Below, piece after piece: positions 27,936 to 36,722 of a stretch of 64,000 nucleotides of DNA; within the stretch, counting starts at the first letter, position 1, and the number at the start of each line of letters is the position of its first letter. Both the position numbers and the translations under genes were made by a program. This DNA is from Agitococcus sp. (GTDB lineage: Bacteria; Pseudomonadota; Gammaproteobacteria; Pseudomonadales; Moraxellaceae): assembly GCA_030646715.1 (NCBI GenBank), contig JAUSLJ010000034.1, positions 5,423 through 69,422 of the forward strand, read 5' to 3'. The notes under the pieces were generated by a model. That model saw only the letters and a list, made by a program, of their open reading frames with translations. It did not search any database and had not been told where the DNA came from.

Positions 27936-29183
27936 TTACGATTCGGTATTAGCTGGCGCAGGCACGGCCAATAATTTCTTGACCAGACGCTCACCAGGAT
28001 AAGGCTTGGTATTAGACACTTTATACTCCGTGAGCATATTCTCAATTGTCGTCTTAACTGAGATGAAGCCTCCCGTTTTAATACGCTCTTCCATGAGACG
28101 AATCACGAGGTCATAACGATTGATCGCTTCATCTGTAGGACGAGAATAATCTTCACGCCAGCGACGCATGGTGAGCTGTGATATGCCGCCTAAAATTAGG
28201 CCAATCATATAGAGCGTACTGTTATCTTCTAGCTTCAAGCCTAACCGTGTCGCCCAATCATCACAAATTTCCGACATTTTCTTGCTGCGATAACGCTGAT
28301 ATATCTTGATATCACCGTCTTGAAAAAGCCTTGCCTGCTTCATCACATCATCGGGCACACTTTTGGTGTTAACGTACAAATACGAGCACAACGCCTCTCT
28401 TTGCACACCCATCTCTGATGCAAACGCATTCAAGGTCAGTCCTGACGCTTTATAAATGGCAATCAGCTCTTTGTGTTCAGGCGTACCTCTGTCTTCACGC
28501 AAACGCTTAGCACGCGAATAGGTTTTTGCTTCGGGTGCTGTATCCTCATCCATTTCCAGTAAAAACAACTGAAGTTTGCGCTGGTTTAACGGCGGCGGCT
28601 GTATGGCCGATATAGAAATATAGGGGCGGTTAAGATCAAGACTGCATAATTGCATTTTTTTATCCCCGTTATGGTGTGGGGCGGCTTTGATATTTATGGC
28701 TAAGCCGCCGTCGTTGTTCTGCTTTTTTAACAGTTCTCTAAGGTTTACAAGGGCGCGATTTTGATCTAATGCTTCGGGGATATAATCCAAGAATTCATGG
28801 TCTCGGTTCTCCCCTCCATAAGCCGCTGCGTCAAAATCCGTCATATTCGCCAAGGCGCGCGCCTTGGATGCCTGATCTGTCAGGCTTTGCGTAATACACT
28901 CTTTCATGAATTTGGCAAACCATACCCCTTCCTTGACATGTTTGGCTTTTTTCCATAGTACCATTTCCATTTCTTGCGCCACTTCTTCCATGAGAAAAGG
29001 CTCTAAAATATTACTAAATCGGGCATGATAGACCTGTCGCACTTTTTGCTTGATCGAGGGGCGAACAAGGGTTAAAAACGCCTCAAAGGTCATCGTTCCT
29101 TGCTGATAATCGGCCAACGCCTCATTATCTCGCCGAACATTGTCAAGCTCTGGCGAAACTAAGGACGGTTGATCCTTTCTCAT
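27936..29183 (-). CDS. Hypothetical protein (415 aa) with possible HTH segments
   Basis: Clean ORF. 'LTLNAFASEMGVQREALCSYL' looks HTH-like. Function unknown. Confidence 0.45.
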   Translation of the reverse strand: MRKDQPSLVSPELDNVRRDNEALADYQQGTMTFEAFLTLVRPSIKQKVRQVYHARFSNILEPFLMEEVAQEMEMVLWKKAKHVKEGVWFAKFMKECITQSLTDQASKARALANMTDFDAAAYGGENRDHEFLDYIPEALDQNRALVNLRELLKKQNNDGGLAINIKAAPHHNGDKKMQLCSLDLNRPYISISAIQPPPLNQRKLQLFLLEMDEDTAPEAKTYSRAKRLREDRGTPEHKELIAIYKASGLTLNAFASEMGVQREALCSYLYVNTKSVPDDVMKQARLFQDGDIKIYQRYRSKKMSEICDDWATRLGLKLEDNSTLYMIGLILGGISQLTMRRWREDYSRPTDEAINRYDLVIRLMEERIKTGGFISVKTTIENMLTEYKVSNTKPYPGERLVKKLLAVPAPANTES

Positions 29184-30909
29184 TTTTACTTACCCGTAGC
29201 CCTACTACTGATGTTTGATGTTTCAGTAGCAATGCAATATGTTGAACAGAGACTGGCACTTCCTGACTCGCTACTCGTGCCGCTGATATACAAAGCCATT
29301 GTTCTTGGCCGTCGTGTAATTGGGCAATCAATGGATGATTCACGCTCACCAATTGATTCAGCTCGTCATAAATGGCCTTGCGAATTAACTCCAACTCTTT
29401 GGGACTTGGCTCAAATTGTAATTTTATTACCCTATCATCACAACTTTGTTGTGCTTCCGCCTCTTCAATCGCCCACAAATCATCCGAACTCACGGTTTTT
29501 TGGCGTGAATAAACAATACCGTTAGTGGGTGCTACGTCATTTGGTGCTTCATTACTTTTTTCCGGAATATCTTCATCAAGAATACGCGGGACAAACAAGC
29601 TATCACCGCGATTGGCAAGCAAGGGCATTTTTTTACGCCAAGCAAAAATAATCATGCCGTAATAATTATTGGTTTTTTCCTCGTCTTTAATCACACCGCG
29701 AAATTGGACATTAAAATCTTGCTGATTGGCTTTTTGATAGAGCATACCTTTAGCATCCAAGGCATTAATGATGTCCTGTTTCCGTTTGACATCTTGCTGG
29801 CTGTCGCTGTCAGAAGTACGCATATTTTCTAGGACTTTCTCTGTAATCAGATAAACATACTCGCCATGTAATAAGCCTACCCGCAAACTGGCTTTTGATC
29901 CGTTCACGCGAAAAGGTTCATGCAGTAACTCGTACAAGGTGTTGTAGTCAGCATCATTATTCTTATGTACGGCCGTTGGCTGGTCAGCTGCTTCCTGAAC
30001 CGACTTCTCTAGCGTCACAGGGTGCATTTTTACGTCTTCAACTGCTTTCAACGTGCCATTTGATGAGTGCGTCTGATTACACGCTATCGCCGCTCTCAGC
30101 AATTCCACTAATGCCACAATTCGATCATCGCGGAGAGTAATACTGTCTTTAACTCGATTGACGGGTAGTTTCTCAGGGATCAAATAATGCCCTAAGACTT
30201 GATACAGAATATGTTGATCATTGAAGCTTAAGTTTCTCACCTCTGCCGTGCGAGTCAGCAAACTAACAGACAGCAACGCACATTGGGGGTCATCAACAGT
30301 GATATTACTGCGTATCAAAACACCGAGATGATGAGCAAAGGCGATAACAGGAATAAGAAAATCGTCAGCATCTAAGCAAAATGAAGGATCGGTTGGCGGG
30401 ATTTTTCGGGAGAGTAGACCGTGATAACTAAATGTTTGAGCCATGCCCTGCATATTGCTACAGGTTTGCCAAGCTCGATGCAGCAACGCTTTGTCTTGGC
30501 CACTACCTGCGATATAACCCAGCAAAGCGTTGAGCAATGACTGAATATCGGCATTTTGTCGTCTCAACAACTCAGACACCACAGGTTCTAACTGGGCATT
30601 TTTTAGCAGTGCTGAAATCCTCCCATCTCGCCGAGGTGGACGCTCATCGACGACAGGAAAACGGCCTAAGGTAACATTCACACCCCAATAATGGCTTGGC
30701 TCAAGAATCAAGCGCAAACTTTCCCGTTGATTTAATAAAATCAAACTCGCTGCTAGTCCTGCGATGCCAATACCAGCCAGCCAAAATAACAGTCGTGGCC
30801 ATACCTGCGCTAAAACACCATCGGAGTGCATCCATACGAGGCTTAAAGCCACCCACCAGCAAATTGCTAGTATTATCCCCTTTGTTAACAAGCTGAATGG
30901 ATTTCGCAT
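29143..30909 (-). CDS. Membrane-anchored protein of unknown function (588 aa)
   Basis: N-terminal TM helices (ILAICWWVALSLVW..., LFWLAGIGIAGLAASLILL) precede a large soluble region. No HD or 3H relaxase motif is visible. Confidence 0.5.
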   Translation of the reverse strand: MRNPFSLLTKGIILAICWWVALSLVWMHSDGVLAQVWPRLLFWLAGIGIAGLAASLILLNQRESLRLILEPSHYWGVNVTLGRFPVVDERPPRRDGRISALLKNAQLEPVVSELLRRQNADIQSLLNALLGYIAGSGQDKALLHRAWQTCSNMQGMAQTFSYHGLLSRKIPPTDPSFCLDADDFLIPVIAFAHHLGVLIRSNITVDDPQCALLSVSLLTRTAEVRNLSFNDQHILYQVLGHYLIPEKLPVNRVKDSITLRDDRIVALVELLRAAIACNQTHSSNGTLKAVEDVKMHPVTLEKSVQEAADQPTAVHKNNDADYNTLYELLHEPFRVNGSKASLRVGLLHGEYVYLITEKVLENMRTSDSDSQQDVKRKQDIINALDAKGMLYQKANQQDFNVQFRGVIKDEEKTNNYYGMIIFAWRKKMPLLANRGDSLFVPRILDEDIPEKSNEAPNDVAPTNGIVYSRQKTVSSDDLWAIEEAEAQQSCDDRVIKLQFEPSPKELELIRKAIYDELNQLVSVNHPLIAQLHDGQEQWLCISAARVASQEVPVSVQHIALLLKHQTSVVGLRVSKNEKGSTVLSFARA

Positions 30910-31841
30910 TAAAGATCATCAAACGAAACTAAGCCAGACTCAGACAATGATCGTTTGGACAGGTCAATGCCCTGTTGGTCATCCCCTGCCTCAGTTAATA
31001 GCGAACCATCCGTATCTGCACCCTCTTTATTCACGCCTTCATCACGCATGGTTTGGATTATGTGCTTCAATTCATCACTTTCTGAGGTTTCAATCATAAA
31101 TTGATACGCCCAAGGTGGAATGAACAAGAACTCCGAGCCACGCTGCGGCACACGAATATCACTGGTCTGGATAAAAGGGACTAAGGTAATCGTCTTCTCT
31201 CCATCGTGCCCGACCGCTTCTTCCGCCCGCATTCGTGCTGAGCCTTCAATCATGATCGGCATACCACGCTTCAGCCGTGTACGATAAGCGCGAGCTAACC
31301 CACCATACAAACGCACAGGAATTGACTGATCACTTTCCTTATGCTGTTTGATAAGAACAATCAAGCCAGGATTCTTTTGCGAGGGCAAAGGCACGCATGC
31401 TTCAACCAATCCAGCCAGATGCACCACATTGGAGTTTGGATTCAATTTAGGATTTAGTGTCTTAACGTCTTCAGAAGGAATAACTTGTGAGCTTTGGGCA
31501 TTGTGTTTTAGGGCAATTTGATAGGCAGAGGCTGGCGGCATATTCAATAGCTTTGGTCGCTCATAGCCCAACACTTTTAAAATGGGTAATCGGTTCAAAC
31601 CCTGCTTTTGACCAAGAACACGACAAATGATACTCACTGCCGAACCCTGTTTGATGCCTCGTGGTTTGGTCTTGTCATCGAAAAAAACCAACACCGCCGT
31701 ATTTCTATAGCCATTCTGAGAAATATATAAGCAATTCTCTTTAATCTCCTCAATGTACCCTGTCAGCCATGCTACATTGCGGAATCCGCTCACATAAGCA
31801 TAATGCCTCATATTGCGTTTTTGCTCTAAACTTAACTGCAT
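30909..31841 (-). CDS. SSB-like protein with two OB-fold-like halves
   Basis: 310 aa. The second half 'NVVHLAGLVEACVPLP...SIPVRLYGGLARAYRTRLKRGMPIMIEGSARMR' follows the SSB OB-fold pattern (N-V-x-L-x-G ... v-x-x-f-G-x-x-A ... l-x-K-G-x-x-v-x-v-x-G). The first half 'RNVAWLTGYI...IKQGSAVSIICRVLG' is similar. Confidence 0.5.
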   Translation of the reverse strand: MQLSLEQKRNMRHYAYVSGFRNVAWLTGYIEEIKENCLYISQNGYRNTAVLVFFDDKTKPRGIKQGSAVSIICRVLGQKQGLNRLPILKVLGYERPKLLNMPPASAYQIALKHNAQSSQVIPSEDVKTLNPKLNPNSNVVHLAGLVEACVPLPSQKNPGLIVLIKQHKESDQSIPVRLYGGLARAYRTRLKRGMPIMIEGSARMRAEEAVGHDGEKTITLVPFIQTSDIRVPQRGSEFLFIPPWAYQFMIETSESDELKHIIQTMRDEGVNKEGADTDGSLLTEAGDDQQGIDLSKRSLSESGLVSFDDL

Positions 31842-31919
31842 CCAGCTGATACTCCGCTCGTTATGGACATAACATTACTAATAAGCGATATTATATATAA
31901 CAACTTCTAGGAGGCAAGA

Positions 31920-32384
31920 TTGTCTATTAAAGGCCTGGCACTTTTAAATGCCATTAGAGAAAAAGCGGTAGAGAAAAACCAACGATTTACTCAAGCCTGC
32001 AAAGAAATGGGAATTAGTCAGACCTATTTGTCTGATCTTTTTTCAGTGGAGTCCGAAAGAACCATTGAGAATCTTGACGTGCGTTCACTGCGCCAAATTG
32101 CCAAGTATCTTGAAGTCCCTTTGGGTCAAATCTACATTTTGGCGGACATTCTGACGATTGAGGATTTTATTGTTCACCGCACCATTGATGAAGACTTGGC
32201 AACTGTTTACCAGTTAATGAAAAAAGATCGTCTTTGGGCAGATATTTTACCCCCACAAGCGGATTTTTTGACGCTGGATACGCGGTTCAAACTGCTTATT
32301 GCCTTACTTTACGAAAGAGATGTTGGCAAAACCTTGCTTCACAAGGCCGAACTATTTATTCAAGGCGAAAAAAAAGAGGGGTAA
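31920..32384 (+). CDS. XRE-family HTH regulator
   Basis: TTG start with AGGAGG 5 nt upstream. 'FTQACKEMGISQTYLSDLF' is the HTH. It is divergent from the minus-strand transfer operon. Confidence 0.6.
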   Translation: MSIKGLALLNAIREKAVEKNQRFTQACKEMGISQTYLSDLFSVESERTIENLDVRSLRQIAKYLEVPLGQIYILADILTIEDFIVHRTIDEDLATVYQLMKKDRLWADILPPQADFLTLDTRFKLLIALLYERDVGKTLLHKAELFIQGEKKEG

Positions 32385-32403
32385 CTCCCTCTTTTTCCTC
32401 AAC

Positions 32404-32646
32404 TTATCGATATTTACCTGCGGCACTAATAACTTTTTCAATTTCAACTTTCACACTTCCTTCATGTTCAGTCCTCATAATCTCTAGAATCGCACCAAAT
32501 GCGATATCACAGGCATTGTGAGGATAGCTTTTCATTCCTTGAATAGCGGCTTCCGCGATATTATCTCCTAGCTCTTCCACGCAATCCATGAAGATCATGC
32601 TAGAAAAACTAGCCTGATTAGCACTGCGTCCAATATCAACATTCAT
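32404..32646 (-). CDS. Hypothetical small protein (80 aa)
   Basis: ORF only. Acidic and helical. Confidence 0.35.
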   Translation of the reverse strand: MNVDIGRSANQASFSSMIFMDCVEELGDNIAEAAIQGMKSYPHNACDIAFGAILEIMRTEHEGSVKVEIEKVISAAGKYR

Positions 32647-33154
32647 TTTCCAAGTCCTTTAACAATAGCGGTCAAATTTTTTAGGGCGTTATCATCTCAA
32701 CAAAAATCCATATCAGGAGTATTTTTGTTGGATAGTCTGACAAATCACGTCAATTTCACAGACAAATTAACAGTCAAAGCAACCTTACCGACATGAAATC
32801 AGGTCATATAGATAGACAGGCGGCCGATCAGAGTGGCTAGTTAAAGCCGTTTGGGGTTGAAGTTCACGCAGTAAAAAATGTGAGCTATTTCACAATTGCA
32901 AAATAAAAACCTACGTTCACCATATGATAATTTCTATCTTTTAGAAAAACTAGCTTATTTGTACAATACAATCATAAGTTAATAACATACGCTCATTTTT
33001 TATTTTTATTCTGACACCATGAAACACTTTTAACACACGAATTCCTTCATGTGTTTTCAGTTTCGTTATCATTACATGATATACTTTTTTAGAAAATCCC
33101 CTTATCACCTGCCCATCTAATGGAGTTTTTTGGCTCTAGGAGTGCTGCCAACTT

Positions 33155-34096
33155 ATGAATTCATCAAAGATTTATAGACTTTTTGTAACACTTTCTTTCA
33201 TAACCGCTCCAGTTGCTTATGGGTTTGAACTTCCAGCTTTACCGTCAAACACGCAAAAAGGCATGCAATCGCTATTCAGCCACGGCAAAGATTACTTTTC
33301 CACCTTTGGTAGTTTACGGCAACAAGTCCTTATAAAAAAAGACAAACACGCTTTGGCCGAGATATACAAAATGGCTCAACAAGGCTACATGGATGCCGTC
33401 ATTTTTATTGGCTATTTGTATGACAATGGCGAAGGCGGAGTAACAAAAAACTCCACGTTAGCTGCGAAATTTTGGTATGTCGCCGCTAAAAAAGGCGAAG
33501 CTTTAGCCTGCTATAACTTGGGTATTCTCTACTGGCAGGGTCGAGGCGTGGCAAAAAACGAAGAGACTGCACGGCAATTATTTACTGTCGCTTCCGACCA
33601 TTTTATGTCGCTATCTGATTTTATTCTCGGGCTAATTGCTGAAGAACGTGGTGATGCTACTAACGCCTTAAACTATTACAAAGACGCTAACTCACAAAAA
33701 CATCCAACGATTGCCGCACGTCGAGCGATTTTATTGCTAAAAACACAAGGCCCATCAACAACGGATCAAGTTTTTCCTGTGCTGTTACAGGCGGCCGAGC
33801 AGTGGGATGCACTAGCTCAGTACCATCTGGCGCGTTTTTATGCGAGTGGAATTGGCAATGCAGACAATACCAACAACCCTATAGAAGCATCTTATTGGCT
33901 ACAGATTCTCAAAAACAATCCTTACGGTAAGCCATTCTGGAAGCAAATCTCAACGACACGCCAAACATTCAACATTAGTAATCAAGATATTGAACAGGCG
34001 CAGTCTTCTGCTGCTGAGTGGGTTAAGACCCACCCGACTATACCTGTGCCATTCGATTATACAAAAACTCTGTATCTTGTTGAGGGTAGTCAATAA
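33155..34096 (+). CDS. Secreted Sel1-repeat (TPR-like) protein
   Basis: It has a signal peptide. Repeated 'A..W....A..G...A...LG.LY..G.GV.KN...A' units occur (e.g. AAKFWYVAAKKGEALACYNLGILYWQGRGVAKNEETA). Confidence 0.8.
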   Translation: MNSSKIYRLFVTLSFITAPVAYGFELPALPSNTQKGMQSLFSHGKDYFSTFGSLRQQVLIKKDKHALAEIYKMAQQGYMDAVIFIGYLYDNGEGGVTKNSTLAAKFWYVAAKKGEALACYNLGILYWQGRGVAKNEETARQLFTVASDHFMSLSDFILGLIAEERGDATNALNYYKDANSQKHPTIAARRAILLLKTQGPSTTDQVFPVLLQAAEQWDALAQYHLARFYASGIGNADNTNNPIEASYWLQILKNNPYGKPFWKQISTTRQTFNISNQDIEQAQSSAAEWVKTHPTIPVPFDYTKTLYLVEGSQ

Positions 34097-34119
34097 CTGC
34101 TCAACATCAATTTAGCACG

Positions 34120-34554
34120 CTAATTCACTATATTATTTGACGCGGACACCATTAGTCGTCGGGAAAGACAACCAGGCAACCAACCTCCTTTTAATACTCT
34201 TGAGCGCACTTTACTGCGATAAGCGGCAGGCTCAAGAGGGCTACGCGCTTTATGCCTAGTTTGGTTACAAAATCGACATGCTGCGACTATGTTAGATGCC
34301 GTGTTCAATCCTCCCTTACTTCTAGGTAATAAATGTTCCGCAGTACATCGAAGCAGTTCCGCTTGGGATTTTGAAATTTGGAATTTCGCAATAAACTCTA
34401 CGGGATTGCGCTCCCAGATTGGCGAACTGCAATAAAAACAATGACAAGATTGATTGATATAGGCTTTGTGACGGGCGTTAGTTAGTGAGCACGACATAAT
34501 GGACTCCAAAGGATAATTGAAGTCCCGTATTTCCTTATGGATATTGACGGGCAC
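34120..34554 (-). CDS. HNH endonuclease (144 aa)
   Basis: 'CFYCSSPIW ... CTAEHLLPRSKGGLNTASNIVAACRFCNQTRH' gives CxxC...H...N...CxxC/N..H, the HNH signature. Confidence 0.8.
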   Translation of the reverse strand: MPVNIHKEIRDFNYPLESIMSCSLTNARHKAYINQSCHCFYCSSPIWERNPVEFIAKFQISKSQAELLRCTAEHLLPRSKGGLNTASNIVAACRFCNQTRHKARSPLEPAAYRSKVRSRVLKGGWLPGCLSRRLMVSASNNIVN

Positions 34555-35172
34555 TGAATGCTTGGCATCCAGCGACTAGCCGCTTTGCGTACTAGAATTG
34601 CTTTTCTATAGCAGTGACAACTATTTTGCCGAATGATTTTAGAAAGAGCAAGAGATAGCTTTAATAGGCTATTTTGTTTGATAGTTCACTAGCCGATGCT
34701 TCGAGAAACAGAAGTTTAGTACCTTACCCTATAATTAACCCGCTTTTGCGCCGCGTGCGGTGTGACGTTTGAAGGAGCGAAGATTTTGCCAAAGGCAAAA
34801 TCACAGTGACTGCAAAACGTCCTATTTGTATTGACTCTATTTTTTGCATTTACGCAGTCTTGTTTTTCATAAATACCACCCGTTAGGGTGCAGCATTTTT
34901 GTATTTAATCCATAAATCTGAATATATTCATTATTTGATTAAGGTTAGACACTTAGCAATTATTTGACCGACACTTAATATCAATAAAAATGAGCTTTTC
35001 TCCTGCATCTACACTACAGAATCACAGCTTTATGATTTTTTGATGATTTGGACAAGATTGAAGACGCTAAAATTTGCACATCAGTCGTTTTTTGTTGAAG
35101 AACGGCAAAAGAGGATTATGGCAGCTCGCTAAATTTACTGTTTTTAGAATATGGCCTGGTTAGATTTGTCAC

Positions 35173-36072
35173 TCACGGTCGCTTGAGGATATGTTGCCAA
35201 TTATTTCTTTCTTCTTGATTCGCAGCAGCACGAACCTCATCATCAGACCAGGTCGGATTTTCGCTTTTCAACCGTAATAGATTGAGTTGGTATTGCTGTT
35301 TTGCATGACTTAAAGCGGCCTCGTCACGTTTCTCACGGTCGCCCCCCACTTTGTATGATTTATTGGATTTAGGACTTTTGTCACCTCGGCTAAATTTAGC
35401 AATGAGCATCGCCTCAAATGTGGCCTGCTCTGCCGAAAGCAACTTTTTCTCCTTTTTATCAACGGCTTTCTTTTGTGCTAGTTTGTGGTCTACATCTATT
35501 CGATACTGCTCTATCACGCCTAAAAACTTAAACAGTGCCATAGAAACACATTTAACCGCTGCAATACTCTTATATGCGCCATTTCTGAATGCTTTACGCT
35601 CTTTGACTTCAATCAGACCCGCACTCTTAAGCCACTTTAAAGCACGCTCCATACGTCTCAAGCCAATCCCCGCCTCATTGGCCAACCATTCAATATCAAG
35701 CGCCATCAGGCCATTTTCGGTGGGAATTTCACAACGCTTTGTTAGGAGATTGGTGTATTTAAGCAGTATTTTAATAACCAGAATCAGGCACTCACGCCCT
35801 TCACTCCGATGTTTACGGCCACTCTTTATCTGTGCATTTCTAGCAATTGCTATTGAGGGGAAAACGTCGTCAGGGGCATAGTAATATTTGTCGGCATTAT
35901 CGGTTGCCGCGAGGATACTGGGGGGCAAGTTGGTACTGGCTGGCTTTTTGAGCGTCAGCTTAGGATTCGCAGGATCATGTCCGCAACGATTACCACTTTT
36001 GTAAGAATGAACAGAATGACTAAAATCCTGCCCGTCCGTGAGAATACACGCACTCATTTTTCGTAGTTCCAA
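35173..36072 (-). CDS. IncFII RepA-like replication initiator / winged-helix DNA-binding protein
   Basis: 'ALDIEWLANEAGIGLRRMERALKWLKSAGLIEV...' plus a basic coiled tail resembles the IncFII RepA core ('...LAdECGLsT...sRAsRAl..l.elGLI') from memory. AT-rich non-coding DNA flanks it on both sides. Confidence 0.45.
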   Translation of the reverse strand: MELRKMSACILTDGQDFSHSVHSYKSGNRCGHDPANPKLTLKKPASTNLPPSILAATDNADKYYYAPDDVFPSIAIARNAQIKSGRKHRSEGRECLILVIKILLKYTNLLTKRCEIPTENGLMALDIEWLANEAGIGLRRMERALKWLKSAGLIEVKERKAFRNGAYKSIAAVKCVSMALFKFLGVIEQYRIDVDHKLAQKKAVDKKEKKLLSAEQATFEAMLIAKFSRGDKSPKSNKSYKVGGDREKRDEAALSHAKQQYQLNLLRLKSENPTWSDDEVRAAANQEERNNWQHILKRP

Positions 36073-36438
36073 CTACTTGCATGAGTGACTAGACACGGAT
36101 AGAATACCAGCATAACTCGAAAGTAGTGCTGTGTGGCATTGTCTGTTCTTCTCGACCGCCAAGAAGAAAAAGAACATTCAATGTGGTATCTATTTCGTCG
36201 AGTCACTATGGCCCACTCTGTGGGCCTTAATTTTTTGTATGTCCGCTATTTATTTCACGAACCCCGTTCACGCTTATTTTCAAATCAATCGCCAGAGCTT
36301 TGCTCAGCCGTATAATTCATTACTCTTATTAATAACATAAGCAACGTATCCAAAGCAAAATAGCCAATGTCATGACTAAAACGCGGCGATATTACTACCA
36401 ACAGATATGTTTTTGCAATCTAAAACACACAGATATTA

Positions 36439-36711
36439 TTAATCTAATGGGCCGTGGTGGATATTTGCGGGCAGATGCCTATGCTCTGGCGAAGAAATTT
36501 CCGCTACTCGTTGAGCTTCTGCTTTACGTTGCTCATCACACCATGCCATTAACATCTCAGCATGAGTATTAACCGTCGGTGACATCGCTGTTTCCTGACT
36601 ATAATCAATCACCTGTGACGATACAAGCGGTAAAGTTGTTCCACGGTCACGCCCCACCATCCAGCAAAATCCTAGCCAGATAACGATCCCACTTATAGCA
36701 ACCCACTCCAT
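36439..36711 (-). CDS. Small membrane protein (90 aa)
   Basis: N-terminal TM 'WVAISGIVIWLGFCWMV'. It starts 12 nt after the traG stop. Confidence 0.4.
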   Translation of the reverse strand: MEWVAISGIVIWLGFCWMVGRDRGTTLPLVSSQVIDYSQETAMSPTVNTHAEMLMAWCDEQRKAEAQRVAEISSPEHRHLPANIHHGPLD

Positions 36712-36722
36712 CTGTTCAGCTC

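Noticed and set aside
29143-30909. 588-aa protein as a MOBH-type (TraI_2) relaxase
   Set aside because: The position next to traD suggested this. However, the protein starts with transmembrane helices, and I could not find the HD-domain or alternative 3H (HxDxD[H/N]) motifs. It is left as unknown.
35351-35881. 176-aa plus-strand ORF
   Set aside because: It is antisense to the RepA-like gene. Its Ser/Leu/Ala-rich translation has no start context.
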